Shown: piece after piece, positions 9,103 through 19,145 of the stretch
How the letters are laid out: each line of letters starts with the position of its first letter
Position numbering within the stretch: position 1 is the stretch's first letter
From: a virus
Lineage: Duplodnaviria; Caudoviricetes
Length of the DNA stretch: 64,000 bases
Strand: one strand, 5' to 3'
IMG/VR virus record: IMGVR_UViG_2871003000_000003
Coordinates: 64,001 to 128,000 of that record
Made by a program: the position numbers and the translations under genes
Notes under the pieces: model-generated
The model's database searches: none
What the model was told of the DNA's origin: nothing
The model's input: only the letters and a program-made list of their open reading frames with translations

Positions 9103-10189
9103 TTATTCTCTTCAAAATTCCATACCGTTTCTTGAACATCCCAACATATTCTGGAAAATATTCAAACCAATCATAATTCACTTCTTTGATTTGATTCAAT
9201 CCAATTTTTCTTACAGCTTCTAATGCAGCGTCTTTCTGGTTGATTCTTTTCCCAAAGCAAGTCTGGCAATTAGAACCTTCTATTGTTTCATACGAGTTAA
9301 ATGTCTTATTGAAATCCATCAATGGATGAAGAGATACTGGTTTATTATTCACATTATTTACCAGAACTCCCCAGTTTCCCCAGTGACGATCAGTGTTTCC
9401 CACAAGGTAATCAATAATGTTCATCATGTAGTAATCATGCTTATCAAGTGCTAAAATATATTTTCGGATATTTCGGTCATGATTTTGCGAATACACTTCA
9501 AATGCTTCCATAGACACAATGGAAAAGTCCTTTGATGTGATATTTTCACTTATAGTTACCGGTTCTTCAGCAAATACACTTCTGTTGTATATGACCTGCT
9601 TTACATCAAAACACTGACAAATTTTACTTGATAGAAGTTCCTTCTCAACAACTTCTATTCCTCCGTCTTTCAACAGAGAAAATCCTTTTTCTGTCCGTTT
9701 CCAGGCTTTTGGGAAAACACCATTTGTAGACAAATCTTTTGCCAGATCTTCATTATTGACTGTATATTGTTTTCCACGTAGGGCAATATCAATAAATATG
9801 TTTTCCAAGTGGTTGTCATACAAATTCACTTCAGAAAATGTTATCTTTTCACCTTTATTTCTTACCCAGAAAACATCTGTCAATGATGTACACCTATATG
9901 ATAACGCCACTTTTGCTCTATCCTTGTCCGTTACAGCCTGATTCATTCCTATACTGTTCAAAATTTCTTTAGCGTATTTTCTATCCAATGTGAGAACTCT
10001 TGTTGCACACCAATAATTGAAATTTGTAATATTATTAACAAGAGTATCAACATCTTCTTCTTCTTCAAGATATAGGTTATACGGCATAAAACTTTTGTAA
10101 TACACCTTACATCTTCCAGAAGAATCAATTCTTGCAACTCTTCTATCTTTATGCATAATTTCAAAAATATCGCTGTTCATATTATACAT
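9095..10189 (-). CDS. HipA/CtkA-like Ser/Thr kinase
   Basis: STNGVFPKAW, LLK, IDYLVGNTDRHWGNWG and DFN motifs. Confidence 0.8.
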   Translation of the reverse strand: MYNMNSDIFEIMHKDRRVARIDSSGRCKVYYKSFMPYNLYLEEEEDVDTLVNNITNFNYWCATRVLTLDRKYAKEILNSIGMNQAVTDKDRAKVALSYRCTSLTDVFWVRNKGEKITFSEVNLYDNHLENIFIDIALRGKQYTVNNEDLAKDLSTNGVFPKAWKRTEKGFSLLKDGGIEVVEKELLSSKICQCFDVKQVIYNRSVFAEEPVTISENITSKDFSIVSMEAFEVYSQNHDRNIRKYILALDKHDYYMMNIIDYLVGNTDRHWGNWGVLVNNVNNKPVSLHPLMDFNKTFNSYETIEGSNCQTCFGKRINQKDAALEAVRKIGLNQIKEVNYDWFEYFPEYVGMFKKRYGILKRIND

Positions 10190-10579
10190 TCCTTTTCAAA
10201 ATTTCCGTTACCTGCTGCGTAGTAATTCCATATATTTTTGCAACTTTTTTCTTGTCTTTGTATTTTTCATATTCTTCTATAATGTCATTCTCTGTCCAGT
10301 TCTGGTGAACTACCCACGAGCTAAAGCTAATGGGATTGCGAGCCTAATTAATTCAACCGGCTCATTCATAAAGTTTTCCATCATGGTTTCTCCAATTTTC
10401 CAATTTTCCAAAATACTCTCTACGGAATCATACGGACAAAACAACTTCCCGCTTCTCAACATAATTACATCAACCTTTTTCTTATCTCTGTAGATTTTCG
10501 TAAGTTCTGTGCTTATCTCATATGTTTGTCCTGTGCGAAACCCCATACTTCCGTCTCTACCAATATATTTTCCTCTCAA
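10182..10579 (-). pseudogene. gene interrupted by a 47-bp mini-IS; restored product ends in an HTH-like segment
   Basis: Removing 10305-10351 joins ...EPVE to QNWTENDIIEEYEKYKDKKKVAKIYGITTQQVTEILKRNV* in frame. Confidence 0.7.
10305..10351 (-). mobile_element. 47-bp non-autonomous IS200/IS605-type mini-element, copy 1
   Basis: 45 bp identical to 27895-27939; internal hairpin; preceded by TTGAA and ends TTCAC on the minus strand. Confidence 0.75.
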
Positions 10580-10614
10580 TATCGTACCTCCATTACATAT
10601 TATTTTAACACATA

Positions 10615-11610
10615 TTACAAATCAAGTACAGCATCTGCTATAGTAGATTCATCCATGTGTACATAGTATCTTGCTGCTGTTTCCAAATTCTTGTGCCTTA
10701 ATTGTCTTTGAACAAGAACAATATCTTTTGTTTCTTCATACAATTTACTTCCAACCCAATGTCTTAACATATGTGGGTAAATTTCACCTTCCGAATATAA
10801 ATTAAAAAACCCTGTAATTGCACCTTTACTTAATCTGTTATTTTCATTTGATAAAAACAATGCATTATCTTTAATTTTTCTCTCTGTTACGAAAAAAGTT
10901 CTAATTTTCAAATACTCCTCAATATTCATTCTAGCCTGTTCAGACATATAAACTTTATCATATTCTTGTATATTTCCCTTTCCAAGAATCATCATATACG
11001 GTCTTTTTTCTTCGTGTAGATGTAAATCGGAAATATCCATATTTATTAGTTCTTCTGAACGAATACCACTTCCCTTTATAAGTTGAACGATGGCAATATT
11101 TCTAATAATATTAAATTCATTTTTATTTCCATCTGTGATATTTACTAAGAATTTTTCCACTTGCTCATCTGTTGGGATTTCTACTTCTTTATATCTTTTT
11201 TCAGATTTATATAGATTGCCAGGTATATGTGAAATCACATTATCATCGACATATTTATTTTGTCGTAAATAATTCCAAAAAGCACTGAATACATTCTTCT
11301 TTGTATTGATAGAATCCAGTGAATTTGTTCTTCCTAAAAATCCATTTTTTAATTCGTTAAGATATTTAATAAGATTATTACTAGTAATAATCTGTATATC
11401 TGTTTCATTGATTTCTGCTATGCTTTGTTTATTTATATATTTATTATTGATCATCCAATTAAGCATATCTCTAATATATATCCAATTAACTCTCTTTGTA
11501 GCCGCTGATTTATATCTATCAAAAAAATCTGATATAAAATCAGGAATATCTTTTAATTCTTTTGCAAGTTTTTGTTCTATTTTTCTTTGTTTTTCAATTT
11601 TATAACACAT
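10615..11610 (-). CDS. tyrosine recombinase
   Basis: SGIRSEEL, GKGN, PHMLRH, LRH and YYVH catalytic motifs. Confidence 0.92.
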   Translation of the reverse strand: MCYKIEKQRKIEQKLAKELKDIPDFISDFFDRYKSAATKRVNWIYIRDMLNWMINNKYINKQSIAEINETDIQIITSNNLIKYLNELKNGFLGRTNSLDSINTKKNVFSAFWNYLRQNKYVDDNVISHIPGNLYKSEKRYKEVEIPTDEQVEKFLVNITDGNKNEFNIIRNIAIVQLIKGSGIRSEELINMDISDLHLHEEKRPYMMILGKGNIQEYDKVYMSEQARMNIEEYLKIRTFFVTERKIKDNALFLSNENNRLSKGAITGFFNLYSEGEIYPHMLRHWVGSKLYEETKDIVLVQRQLRHKNLETAARYYVHMDESTIADAVLDL

Positions 11611-11621
11611 ATAATATTCTC

Positions 11622-11867
11622 CTAAAATCCCAATGCTTCTGCAATATCTATTTTCTTTTGTAAATATTCTAATGCAGACAATCGTTCTGCAAATTCTTTT
11701 GATTCTTTTCCATGAAAATAACTAATCTCCCACAATTCTCCATCATCTGTTCTATAATATTTCTGTTCTTGTGGCTTATTATTCCGAGTAAGGTATTCAT
11801 ATACATTTCGACAATACAATTTTTCATATTCTCCTAATAGAATATCTTCTCTTTTAATCTCCTTCAC
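11622..11867 (-). CDS. hypothetical protein
   Basis: ORF with RBS. Confidence 0.55.
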   Translation of the reverse strand: MKEIKREDILLGEYEKLYCRNVYEYLTRNNKPQEQKYYRTDDGELWEISYFHGKESKEFAERLSALEYLQKKIDIAEALGF

Positions 11868-12452
11868 ATTTAATACCTTCTTTCTTTAAAATCGTGTTCC
11901 ATGTAATAAACCTTCGGCTTTCATTTCTGTAGCGAATTCAAAATCAACGTTGCAAATGTTGTAACTGTTATACATGGAGTTCTCCATATTCTTTATTCCC
12001 CTTTTTACTCTTTTACTGTGTTCTTTGAACAAATATTCCATGCTATCCTTTTCTCTTCTCATAATATTCCTCCTGTTTTTGCAATAAAAAAACAATCAGA
12101 TATCCCCGATTGTTTTAATTGATTAGCTTTCTTTTCTTATATACACTACAAAAGTCACCAGGACAATTTCTGATGACTTCTAACTATACATACACTATCT
12201 TCCTTTTTTTGCTTTCTTCCATTCATATTCCCATCGTTCATCTTCTGACATTTTACTTGTCTTATGATCTTCCGCCAATGTAAACAAACCTCCAATAACA
12301 AGAACAATCAACCCAAAAATAATTCCACCCATAATGTTTACCTCCAAATATTTTTTACTTTAAACTATCACTGAGATTTTCCAAAAACGCACATAGCATC
12401 AATAAAAATATTCCTCCAATTAACGCTCCCATATGCATATCCCCACCCTTCA

Positions 12453-13004
12453 TTATCCATTATATATGTAAGCACACTTATGTGCAACACCACTCTGCGT
12501 TCTTCCTAACTCTTTTGCAACTTCTCTATAAGACATTCCTCTACGCAACATGGATTTTGCATAGTTTATTTCCATATCTGTCCAGTATTTTCCTTTGTTT
12601 GGTCTGTCATATGAGAATTTTTCACACCTTACCCACGCCGGTTCCAAAGCCAATGTCATACAATTATACCTAGACCAGTTGATAATATCCTTATGCTGTT
12701 CAGCCCATTTCCAAAAATTTTCAAGATCAATCATATATTTTGTGCAGCACGAACATTTAAATTTCCGACATGGAAGATCATATTGATTTATCCACTTCAT
12801 GACTACCTTATGAGTAACATTGAAACACTCAGCAAGTTTATTCACGCTTAAAACATCATGCACCTTGCTCAAGCCCATATCCAAAGCCTTTTTTACAACT
12901 GCACGTTCTGTTCTATTAAGTCTTTTTGCTGTAATTGACACAGCCTGATTCAAATATTTCGATTCCAAATACCTAATCTCTCTGTCTGTCCATCTTTGAG
13001 CCAT
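12453..13004 (-). CDS. multi-HTH DNA-binding protein
   Basis: Two WT..EI..L / A..L.RT repeats flanking a central HTH. Confidence 0.7.
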   Translation of the reverse strand: MAQRWTDREIRYLESKYLNQAVSITAKRLNRTERAVVKKALDMGLSKVHDVLSVNKLAECFNVTHKVVMKWINQYDLPCRKFKCSCCTKYMIDLENFWKWAEQHKDIINWSRYNCMTLALEPAWVRCEKFSYDRPNKGKYWTDMEINYAKSMLRRGMSYREVAKELGRTQSGVAHKCAYIYNG

Positions 13005-13006
13005 AT

Positions 13007-13315
13007 TTACACAATCTCCCTAGGAATATAATCTGCAAGGTAATCTTCTTGTCTCTCTTTGAAACGTATTTTTAAATATCCAACATAGTGGAATTTAATT
13101 CCATTCTCTTCGAGCAATCCCTTAAAAATATCTCCAATAGGTTCACATACATCTGTACATGAATTAAACTTTCTAGTTGCTTCTCCGGCAAGATTCTCCA
13201 CCTCTCTCTGTCTATCTAATGGAATCTGATATACTTCTGGTCTTGCTCCGTAACCTTCTTTGTATTCATTGTTATAGGTTCCATCAAAATCCAATACAAA
13301 TAATGTCCACATCAT
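13007..13315 (-). CDS. hypothetical protein
   Basis: ORF with AAGGAG RBS. Confidence 0.6.
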   Translation of the reverse strand: MMWTLFVLDFDGTYNNEYKEGYGARPEVYQIPLDRQREVENLAGEATRKFNSCTDVCEPIGDIFKGLLEENGIKFHYVGYLKIRFKERQEDYLADYIPREIV

Positions 13316-13603
13316 AATTTCTTACTCCTTTATTTCCTGCTGCCAATTCTTTTAATATTGTCATTTCTCTCTCAAAAGAAATGTGAATTTCATTACTACT
13401 CATTGTTCTTTTCTATCATGGGGAATATCCAGCCTGTTTTATTATTGGGAAACAAAACGTCATAATTGATTTTATGTAATTGAAACTCTGTTCCACATCT
13501 TTCACAGGCAAAAATTTTTCCGTCATACATTCCAATAATCCCACCACATTTGCAATTAATGTGACTATATCTTTTCATGTTTACCTCAATTATCATTCTG
13601 GGT

Positions 13604-13903
13604 CTATCCAATATTTACATACCACCATCCAGTATATCTATCCACTTCATTATTTCTTTCGTCTTCTTCCGGATCGTAATATCCTGTATTTATTTCGACT
13701 TCTTCACCTTGTGTTCTATATAATGTCGTAAGCATATCTGCAACTGTGTTTGCTGCACTCTCTGTTCTTACTAGAATTTCAGAACCTCCATCTGTCCAAA
13801 TTTCTCCTTCAGAATAATCTCTTAGTCTTTCTGTAATTAGATCAATCCAATTCAATTTATCCATACCTTCCCATCCTTTCCACACAAGAAATGCGACTTT
13901 CAT
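13604..13903 (-). CDS. hypothetical protein (true start likely MDKLNW)
   Basis: ORF track; internal RBS. Confidence 0.55.
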   Translation of the reverse strand: MKVAFLVWKGWEGMDKLNWIDLITERLRDYSEGEIWTDGGSEILVRTESAANTVADMLTTLYRTQGEEVEINTGYYDPEEDERNNEVDRYTGWWYVNIG

Positions 13904-14253
13904 TGTGTCATTCGTTTAATCTTTTGCCAATCAATCTGTTCAAATAATGTCTGATTGAACTCCGTCAATTCTTCTGCTCTTTCGCATTGCTCACAGTAAT
14001 CATCAATATTATCAAAATAATTATCTTCTGTTTCCAAATACCAATCTTCATAGTCTGCAATCTCTGGATTGTAAACTTGCAAACCACCAGTATTGCAATA
14101 ATCTGGTTTAATATTATTCTGCAACTGGAAAGCGTCATATGCAGCAAGAATATCCATTACTTTCTTTCCTTCTTCTACACTCTTTACCGGAATGTAAAAT
14201 GCGTCACTTAATCCTACTTGCGGAATCCACCACACTCTTAATTTTTCTTTCAT
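13900..14253 (-). CDS. P22 gp17-like anti-exclusion protein
   Basis: KLRVWWIPQV...SVEEG..MD.LA.YDAFQ..NNIKPDYCN..GL matches the recalled P22 gp17 family pattern. Confidence 0.7.
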   Translation of the reverse strand: MKEKLRVWWIPQVGLSDAFYIPVKSVEEGKKVMDILAAYDAFQLQNNIKPDYCNTGGLQVYNPEIADYEDWYLETEDNYFDNIDDYCEQCERAEELTEFNQTLFEQIDWQKIKRMTQ

Positions 14254-14270
14254 AGTTTTTATTTCCTTTC

Positions 14271-14570
14271 CTACGCTTCATAATCAAATTCTTCAAACCC
14301 ACCATTATCTTCCACATAAACCTTGTACCCACTTATCCATGGGTCTTTACAATCTCTAAAATTGTTTGGATGATATGTGTTATTTTTATCATCTTCTATC
14401 TCACATTCATAGTGTGCAAATATCATATTAATAAGATTTTCCATTGATGTTTTTGGTTCATATCCATGTTCTCTGATCCACGCTGCCATTGTGTCATAAT
14501 CACACCATTTTTCTTCTGGATATGTAGAATAATCTTCTTCCTCATGCCATCTTCCATATGTATCTACCAT
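14271..14570 (-). CDS. hypothetical acidic protein
   Basis: ORF with GAGGTG RBS. Confidence 0.6.
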   Translation of the reverse strand: MVDTYGRWHEEEDYSTYPEEKWCDYDTMAAWIREHGYEPKTSMENLINMIFAHYECEIEDDKNNTYHPNNFRDCKDPWISGYKVYVEDNGGFEEFDYEA

Positions 14571-14819
14571 AGTTATTTACACCTCTTTCCATAAGAAATA
14601 CGAGTTTCAAAGAAAATCCATCAACTGATTTTCTAACATTTCTTCCAATTCATCATCTACACTACAATTATGGTCACATTCTGGATTGCAGCAAACACAC
14701 CGTACTTCTGGATAATGTTTGCATTGTCCTGTTTTATTAATATTCTTTCTATAACTTTTTCCATCTTTTTCGATTATTTGAAAAGCCATATTAAAACCAC
14801 CTTAGATAAATTTCCGATT

Positions 14820-15107
14820 CTATTCTTCTATAATCAATTTCTTTCCGCATATCGGACAAAATTTTACTTTATACATATCAATTCCAAAATCATATCCACA
14901 ACATGTAGCCACTCCATCAATCAAGTATGACTCATTTATTTCTTCTACTTCACACCATGAATCCGTACAATTATATGGTGACTCCCTACGTCCTTTCATA
15001 ATATCATCTTTTACAATTTCTTCCGCTTCTTCTTTACTATTTGCTTCTACTTCATATGTTTTGCCATATGTTTCATAATAATCTACAATATATTTTGCCA
15101 TAATCAT
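14820..15107 (-). CDS. DpnD/PcfM-like protein with C-terminal zinc ribbon
   Basis: KY.V...ET...YEVEANSKEEAEE; FCPICG. Confidence 0.6.
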   Translation of the reverse strand: MIMAKYIVDYYETYGKTYEVEANSKEEAEEIVKDDIMKGRRESPYNCTDSWCEVEEINESYLIDGVATCCGYDFGIDMYKVKFCPICGKKLIIEE

Positions 15108-15113
15108 TTTCTC

Positions 15114-15509
15114 CTACAATCCCATCAAATCTTTTACAACACTTACACCATAACTTTCCTCAAACCAATCACAGATTGACGTTCTATGCCATCCTGCTGC
15201 GAATCCATTCCACTCTTCCTCAATACATTCTGTATTAGGGTTCATCGGAACATTGCCAAAATCTAACCATAAATCCTTAATATATTGTGCGCGTCTATAC
15301 TCATAACTATCATTCATACCACGATCAACAATACATGCTAAATCATCATCTGTGATCAAGAATTTCCGTTCTGTGCAATAGTCCATTATCGCATTGTATT
15401 CCTTGTCACAAAATTCTGTATCATCTTCAATTTGATCAATTTTCAGTTCTTTTAGATATTCTCTTAATGACATACTATTTTCCCTCTTTCCAATGTTCCA
15501 TATCTTCAT
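15114..15509 (-). CDS. hypothetical protein
   Basis: ORF in array. Confidence 0.55.
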   Translation of the reverse strand: MKIWNIGKRENSMSLREYLKELKIDQIEDDTEFCDKEYNAIMDYCTERKFLITDDDLACIVDRGMNDSYEYRRAQYIKDLWLDFGNVPMNPNTECIEEEWNGFAAGWHRTSICDWFEESYGVSVVKDLMGL

Positions 15510-15726
15510 TTTTCAATGCGATCATTTCCAACATTTGCAGCGTACTGAAACATTCATTTTGTTTTAAAATTTCCAGTTCTTCTGTGATACACTTTACTTC
15601 TTCATCTTTGTATTCTAAAGAGTCCGCATAATCCATATCTAAAGACAGATTATATAATATTTTCGCAATTTTCTGTAAATCCATAATATACCATCCTTCC
15701 TCTTATGAAAGCATTCTTTCGTTCTG

Positions 15727-16023
15727 TTAAATAAATTCAATTTCCCATATAGCATTTTCACGAAAATACTGTTTGCAAAGTCCGTTTTCAAATTTCCAGT
15801 CGGATGCTTTTCCATATTTAATCCAACTTCCTTTCCCATTGTTGGCTAATGTAATTTTGCTATCTGGTTTTTCATCTTCGATACTGTAAAACCCGTTTGT
15901 CTGTACTACATTCGGCTTTCTAATCTGCCCCTCATATTCTGATCTGATATAGTGTTTTCTAATAATAAATTTACGTCCCTCTTTGATTACTCTTTTTAAC
16001 TGTGCTAAATTTTTAATTTCCAT
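15727..16023 (-). CDS. hypothetical protein
   Basis: ORF with GGAGG RBS. Confidence 0.6.
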   Translation of the reverse strand: MEIKNLAQLKRVIKEGRKFIIRKHYIRSEYEGQIRKPNVVQTNGFYSIEDEKPDSKITLANNGKGSWIKYGKASDWKFENGLCKQYFRENAIWEIEFI

Positions 16024-16278
16024 GTTTATTTCCTCCCAATAACTAATCCCTGTTACAATAATCTAAAAAAGCGCCTATTGTTTCTTCTGCTTCGCACCTA
16101 GTCAAATATCTTCGCTTTTTACTTTTCTTTCTATGTAATGGTAATCCACACATCTTGCGTTCATTATTTCTTAATAACATTTTGTCCGTTTTTTGTTTCT
16201 TCCTGGTATTTATGTTCATACTCATTTCACCTCTTAAAATCGTGCTTTCATATGCTCTCTATATAATAGATATATTAT

Positions 16279-16584
16279 TTATAAAATTTCAAAATGCATT
16301 CCCTCGAAAAGTAAAACACATCCATTTTCATCGTTTGTCATCCATGTTTTTGTTCTTCCATCTTTATTACTTACACCTGTGTACTGTTCTTTTTTCCACT
16401 CTTCTTTTCTGAAAATATAATACTTGTGAATTCCTGTTTCACATTCTGGGTATTTTCCCTCTAAATGTAAGGCAGCTTTTTTTGCTTCTATTTCTGTTTC
16501 ATGTATGGATTCTTCAATCCTTTTCCATCCACATTCTTTATCTTTCATACAGGCATATGCCTTAAATTTAATAATCATATTCAA
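16279..16584 (-). CDS. hypothetical protein
   Basis: TTG start after GAGGAGG. Confidence 0.55.
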   Translation of the reverse strand: MNMIIKFKAYACMKDKECGWKRIEESIHETEIEAKKAALHLEGKYPECETGIHKYYIFRKEEWKKEQYTGVSNKDGRTKTWMTNDENGCVLLFEGMHFEIL

Positions 16585-16615
16585 AACCTCCTCTTGAAAT
16601 TATCTTTTCATGTAA

Positions 16616-16870
16616 TTATTTTAAAGAAATTTTCCACCCTATTCCCTTTTCTTCAATCTTAAATCCATGTTTTTCAAAGATATTCTTGACATCACCACAA
16701 ATTGATACTGTGCTATGTGTAATATCTCTAATAATAGAGTTGTAACAATGTACTAATTCTTCTGCCGAATATGGTACGAGATTATATTTTTTTAATTTCC
16801 CATTGTCATAAACTTCTTCCAATATTCTTCTTATTTTTAATAATTTATTCTGTTCTGTTTTAGTAAACAT
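16616..16870 (-). CDS. hypothetical protein
   Basis: ORF with GGAGG RBS. Confidence 0.6.
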   Translation of the reverse strand: MFTKTEQNKLLKIRRILEEVYDNGKLKKYNLVPYSAEELVHCYNSIIRDITHSTVSICGDVKNIFEKHGFKIEEKGIGWKISLK

Positions 16871-16915
16871 AACTATTTCCTCCCGATAAAATCATTATTT
16901 GTTTCCATAACATAC

Positions 16916-16936
16916 GGAACAGCAAAAAGCTGTTCC
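16916..16936. other. perfect 8-bp hairpin downstream of VR2 (candidate DGR homing hairpin)
   Basis: GGAACAGC-AAAAA-GCTGTTCC, 21 bp past the target-2 stop. Confidence 0.55.
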
Positions 16937-16957
16937 TGACTGTTCCAAAGTTCTACG

Positions 16958-17611
16958 TTATTCAACTGATACACAGATTGAAGAGTCTAAAGAGCAAAAC
17001 GGACGAACCCCATAAACGCCCCAACCGCAACCGCCGCAGCGCACGAAACCACGACTGCCAACAAACTGAACACAGGAAGCCGAGCATCCTTCATTTGTAC
17101 TGTCTGGTGTATCTAACCAAAACGGTTTTTCATTTTCTGTCCTAAACATACCATTCTTCCTGGCTTTTCTGTAATCATCAAAAGTTCCTAAATGCACCTT
17201 ACAATCACATGTTCCGTAAGTGTGCAACCCATCCATAGATAGTAAATCAACTGTATCAATCAATACATTTTCTTTTCCAAACCCTTTATAGATATCAGTC
17301 AGAATATCCCCATTTTCATCATTCAACACATTCTTGATTTCAGAAGTTCTAAAATCATTTAATTCACTGTCGAATCTATAAGTTTTTTCAAGAAGTTCTT
17401 TTTTCCAAACTTTGGTTCTATTGTTCTCAATATCCTGTTCCACCACATACCATTCATTTCCAATGTCGTCTACAATCACGTTTCCAACCTTGCATTCATA
17501 AAGTGGTTTGCTCTGTCTTATTCCTAAAGACTTCCTTAGTTCTTCTGTTAATTCGATCACCAGGTTATTTCCTTCTACTTTTACATTTGTCTTATTTACT
17601 TCGATATTCAT
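16958..17611 (-). CDS. DGR target protein 2 (distal; DUF6273-like paralog)
   Basis: Contains VR2; LLSMDG..YG, FWLDTP and GVRPF shared with target 1. Confidence 0.9.
   Translation of the reverse strand: MNIEVNKTNVKVEGNNLVIELTEELRKSLGIRQSKPLYECKVGNVIVDDIGNEWYVVEQDIENNRTKVWKKELLEKTYRFDSELNDFRTSEIKNVLNDENGDILTDIYKGFGKENVLIDTVDLLSMDGLHTYGTCDCKVHLGTFDDYRKARKNGMFRTENEKPFWLDTPDSTNEGCSASCVQFVGSRGFVRCGGCGWGVYGVRPFCSLDSSICVSVE
16998..17079 (-). repeat. DGR variable repeat VR2
   Basis: 20 mismatches to TR, all at TR adenines. Confidence 0.95.
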
Positions 17612-17643
17612 AATATTTTCCTCTACTTTCTTTCTAATAATTC

Positions 17644-17892
17644 TTACTTACAAAATGGTTTCCAGTACACGATCAGCGCCACACCTAATACAGTAATATA
17701 TACTTTTGCATCCGTTTCTGTCATAAACAACGCGATAAGAAGAAAAATCAATCCAGAGAACTTTTGAAAGTTCAGTCTGCGCTTCCACCGTTTAAACTTC
17801 TGGCTCGTAGCAGCTATAACATATCCTTCTAACCATTCTTTATTATGTTTCTTCCATTCTTTTTCCGTCATAACTGTTTCAATCACATTCAT
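17644..17892 (-). CDS. small membrane protein
   Basis: Two hydrophobic C-terminal segments. Confidence 0.6.
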   Translation of the reverse strand: MNVIETVMTEKEWKKHNKEWLEGYVIAATSQKFKRWKRRLNFQKFSGLIFLLIALFMTETDAKVYITVLGVALIVYWKPFCK

Positions 17893-18132
17893 TTCTTATT
17901 TCCTCCATTCCTCATATATTGTTCACTACGTTGTTATACTCCCATTTTTCCACCACTGATACACCGCCTTTTGTTCTTACAGTGCAATACTTCTTTCCGC
18001 AAATTGTAAATTCGCTCAAAATCTCCATTGTATTATTCTCCTTTGTTGTTGTGTTTATTTGTTGTATTTTTTATTTCCCTGAAATCATTCTGCAAGCTGT
18101 GACACTCACAGAACGTAATATGTAAGTTTTTC

Positions 18133-19077
18133 TTATGCAGTCTTTGCTACTGCTTTTCTTGATGTTCTTTTTCGTGTTGTCTTAGACTCAATTCCCGGAA
18201 TATCAATATTCCTTTCGATCACACCGGAAAGGAAATCAAATAATGAATCTTGCCACTTCTCTGATAAATTATCATTAAAATATTTACTTCCTTTACAGTT
18301 ATTCAACAGAACCCTTTCCATGTCTGTCTCTCTTCCTGCATAATAAGAATATAATTTTCTAAATACTCTTAATACTTTCGCGCTAAATGCCTTTCCTTCT
18401 CTATAACTTTTCCCACCGTTCCATTGTAGTTTTACGATAAGTTGTAAAATTCTGTCTAATAAATCCGGACAAACTCTCGACATCTTTGCACCGTCAGAGA
18501 CAGAAGTTAAAATACCAATAGGATTTTTTACTGGGTTCCTGTCTCCCTTAACAGCAATGTGGTTTCTGTCACAGATAGATTTTAATGTAACATATTCTTC
18601 TTTTTTAGCTACAAGCGCCGCACTGTAGATATCGACAGGAGCCATGGTTTTTCGATCGTCTTGCTGTGACAAGAATAAGTCAACCGCTTCTGCTTCTGTA
18701 ATTCCGATCAATACTTCAACCTGAATCAATTTCATGTTTCCAAAATAAGCGCCAATGATTCTGTGCATACCGTCAACAACATAAAATTTATCATTCTTGC
18801 ACATAATCTTAGGCAAATCCCACTTATAAGAGCTAAATTCAGATCCGATTTTCTTTGCAATAGATACCCTTAATTCTCTTTGCCAATCTGGAACATGAAT
18901 AAGCAATGGATTAATGCTGATAATTGCCTTTTCTCTTCCATCATGTTTCGATCTTGCTTCTTCCATCTTGTCAGATACGATCATTCTTTCTCCAACTTCA
19001 ATGATATTGTTTAGCATTCTTGCTTCATTCATCATTGTTTCCACTTCCATAGGTTCAAGTTTTCCGTTTCTACTCAT
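18133..19077 (-). CDS. ParB-like (DUF6551-type) protein
   Basis: WQR, VVDGMHR and EAEAVDLF motifs; ATG at 19077 after AAGGAG. Confidence 0.7.
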   Translation of the reverse strand: MSRNGKLEPMEVETMMNEARMLNNIIEVGERMIVSDKMEEARSKHDGREKAIISINPLLIHVPDWQRELRVSIAKKIGSEFSSYKWDLPKIMCKNDKFYVVDGMHRIIGAYFGNMKLIQVEVLIGITEAEAVDLFLSQQDDRKTMAPVDIYSAALVAKKEEYVTLKSICDRNHIAVKGDRNPVKNPIGILTSVSDGAKMSRVCPDLLDRILQLIVKLQWNGGKSYREGKAFSAKVLRVFRKLYSYYAGRETDMERVLLNNCKGSKYFNDNLSEKWQDSLFDFLSGVIERNIDIPGIESKTTRKRTSRKAVAKTA

Positions 19078-19145
19078 TTTTCTAATCTCCTTTAATATGT
19101 AAAGTTTTCTATAATAAAAAGCACCTGTATAATTACAAGTGCTTT

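Larger units (their letters stand above)
7035..16903. repeat. dispersed 18-bp imperfect palindrome (WWRAAA-N6-TTTCAT-like) at gene boundaries, about 13 copies
   Basis: Copies start at 7035, 8047, 8859, 9089, 11886 (N5), 13376, 13886, 14593, 14806, 15705, 16234, 16594, 16886. Confidence 0.65.

Noticed and set aside
7035-16903. CRISPR array
   Set aside because: Repeats are degenerate and separated by whole genes; no regular repeat-spacer array or cas genes seen in the window.
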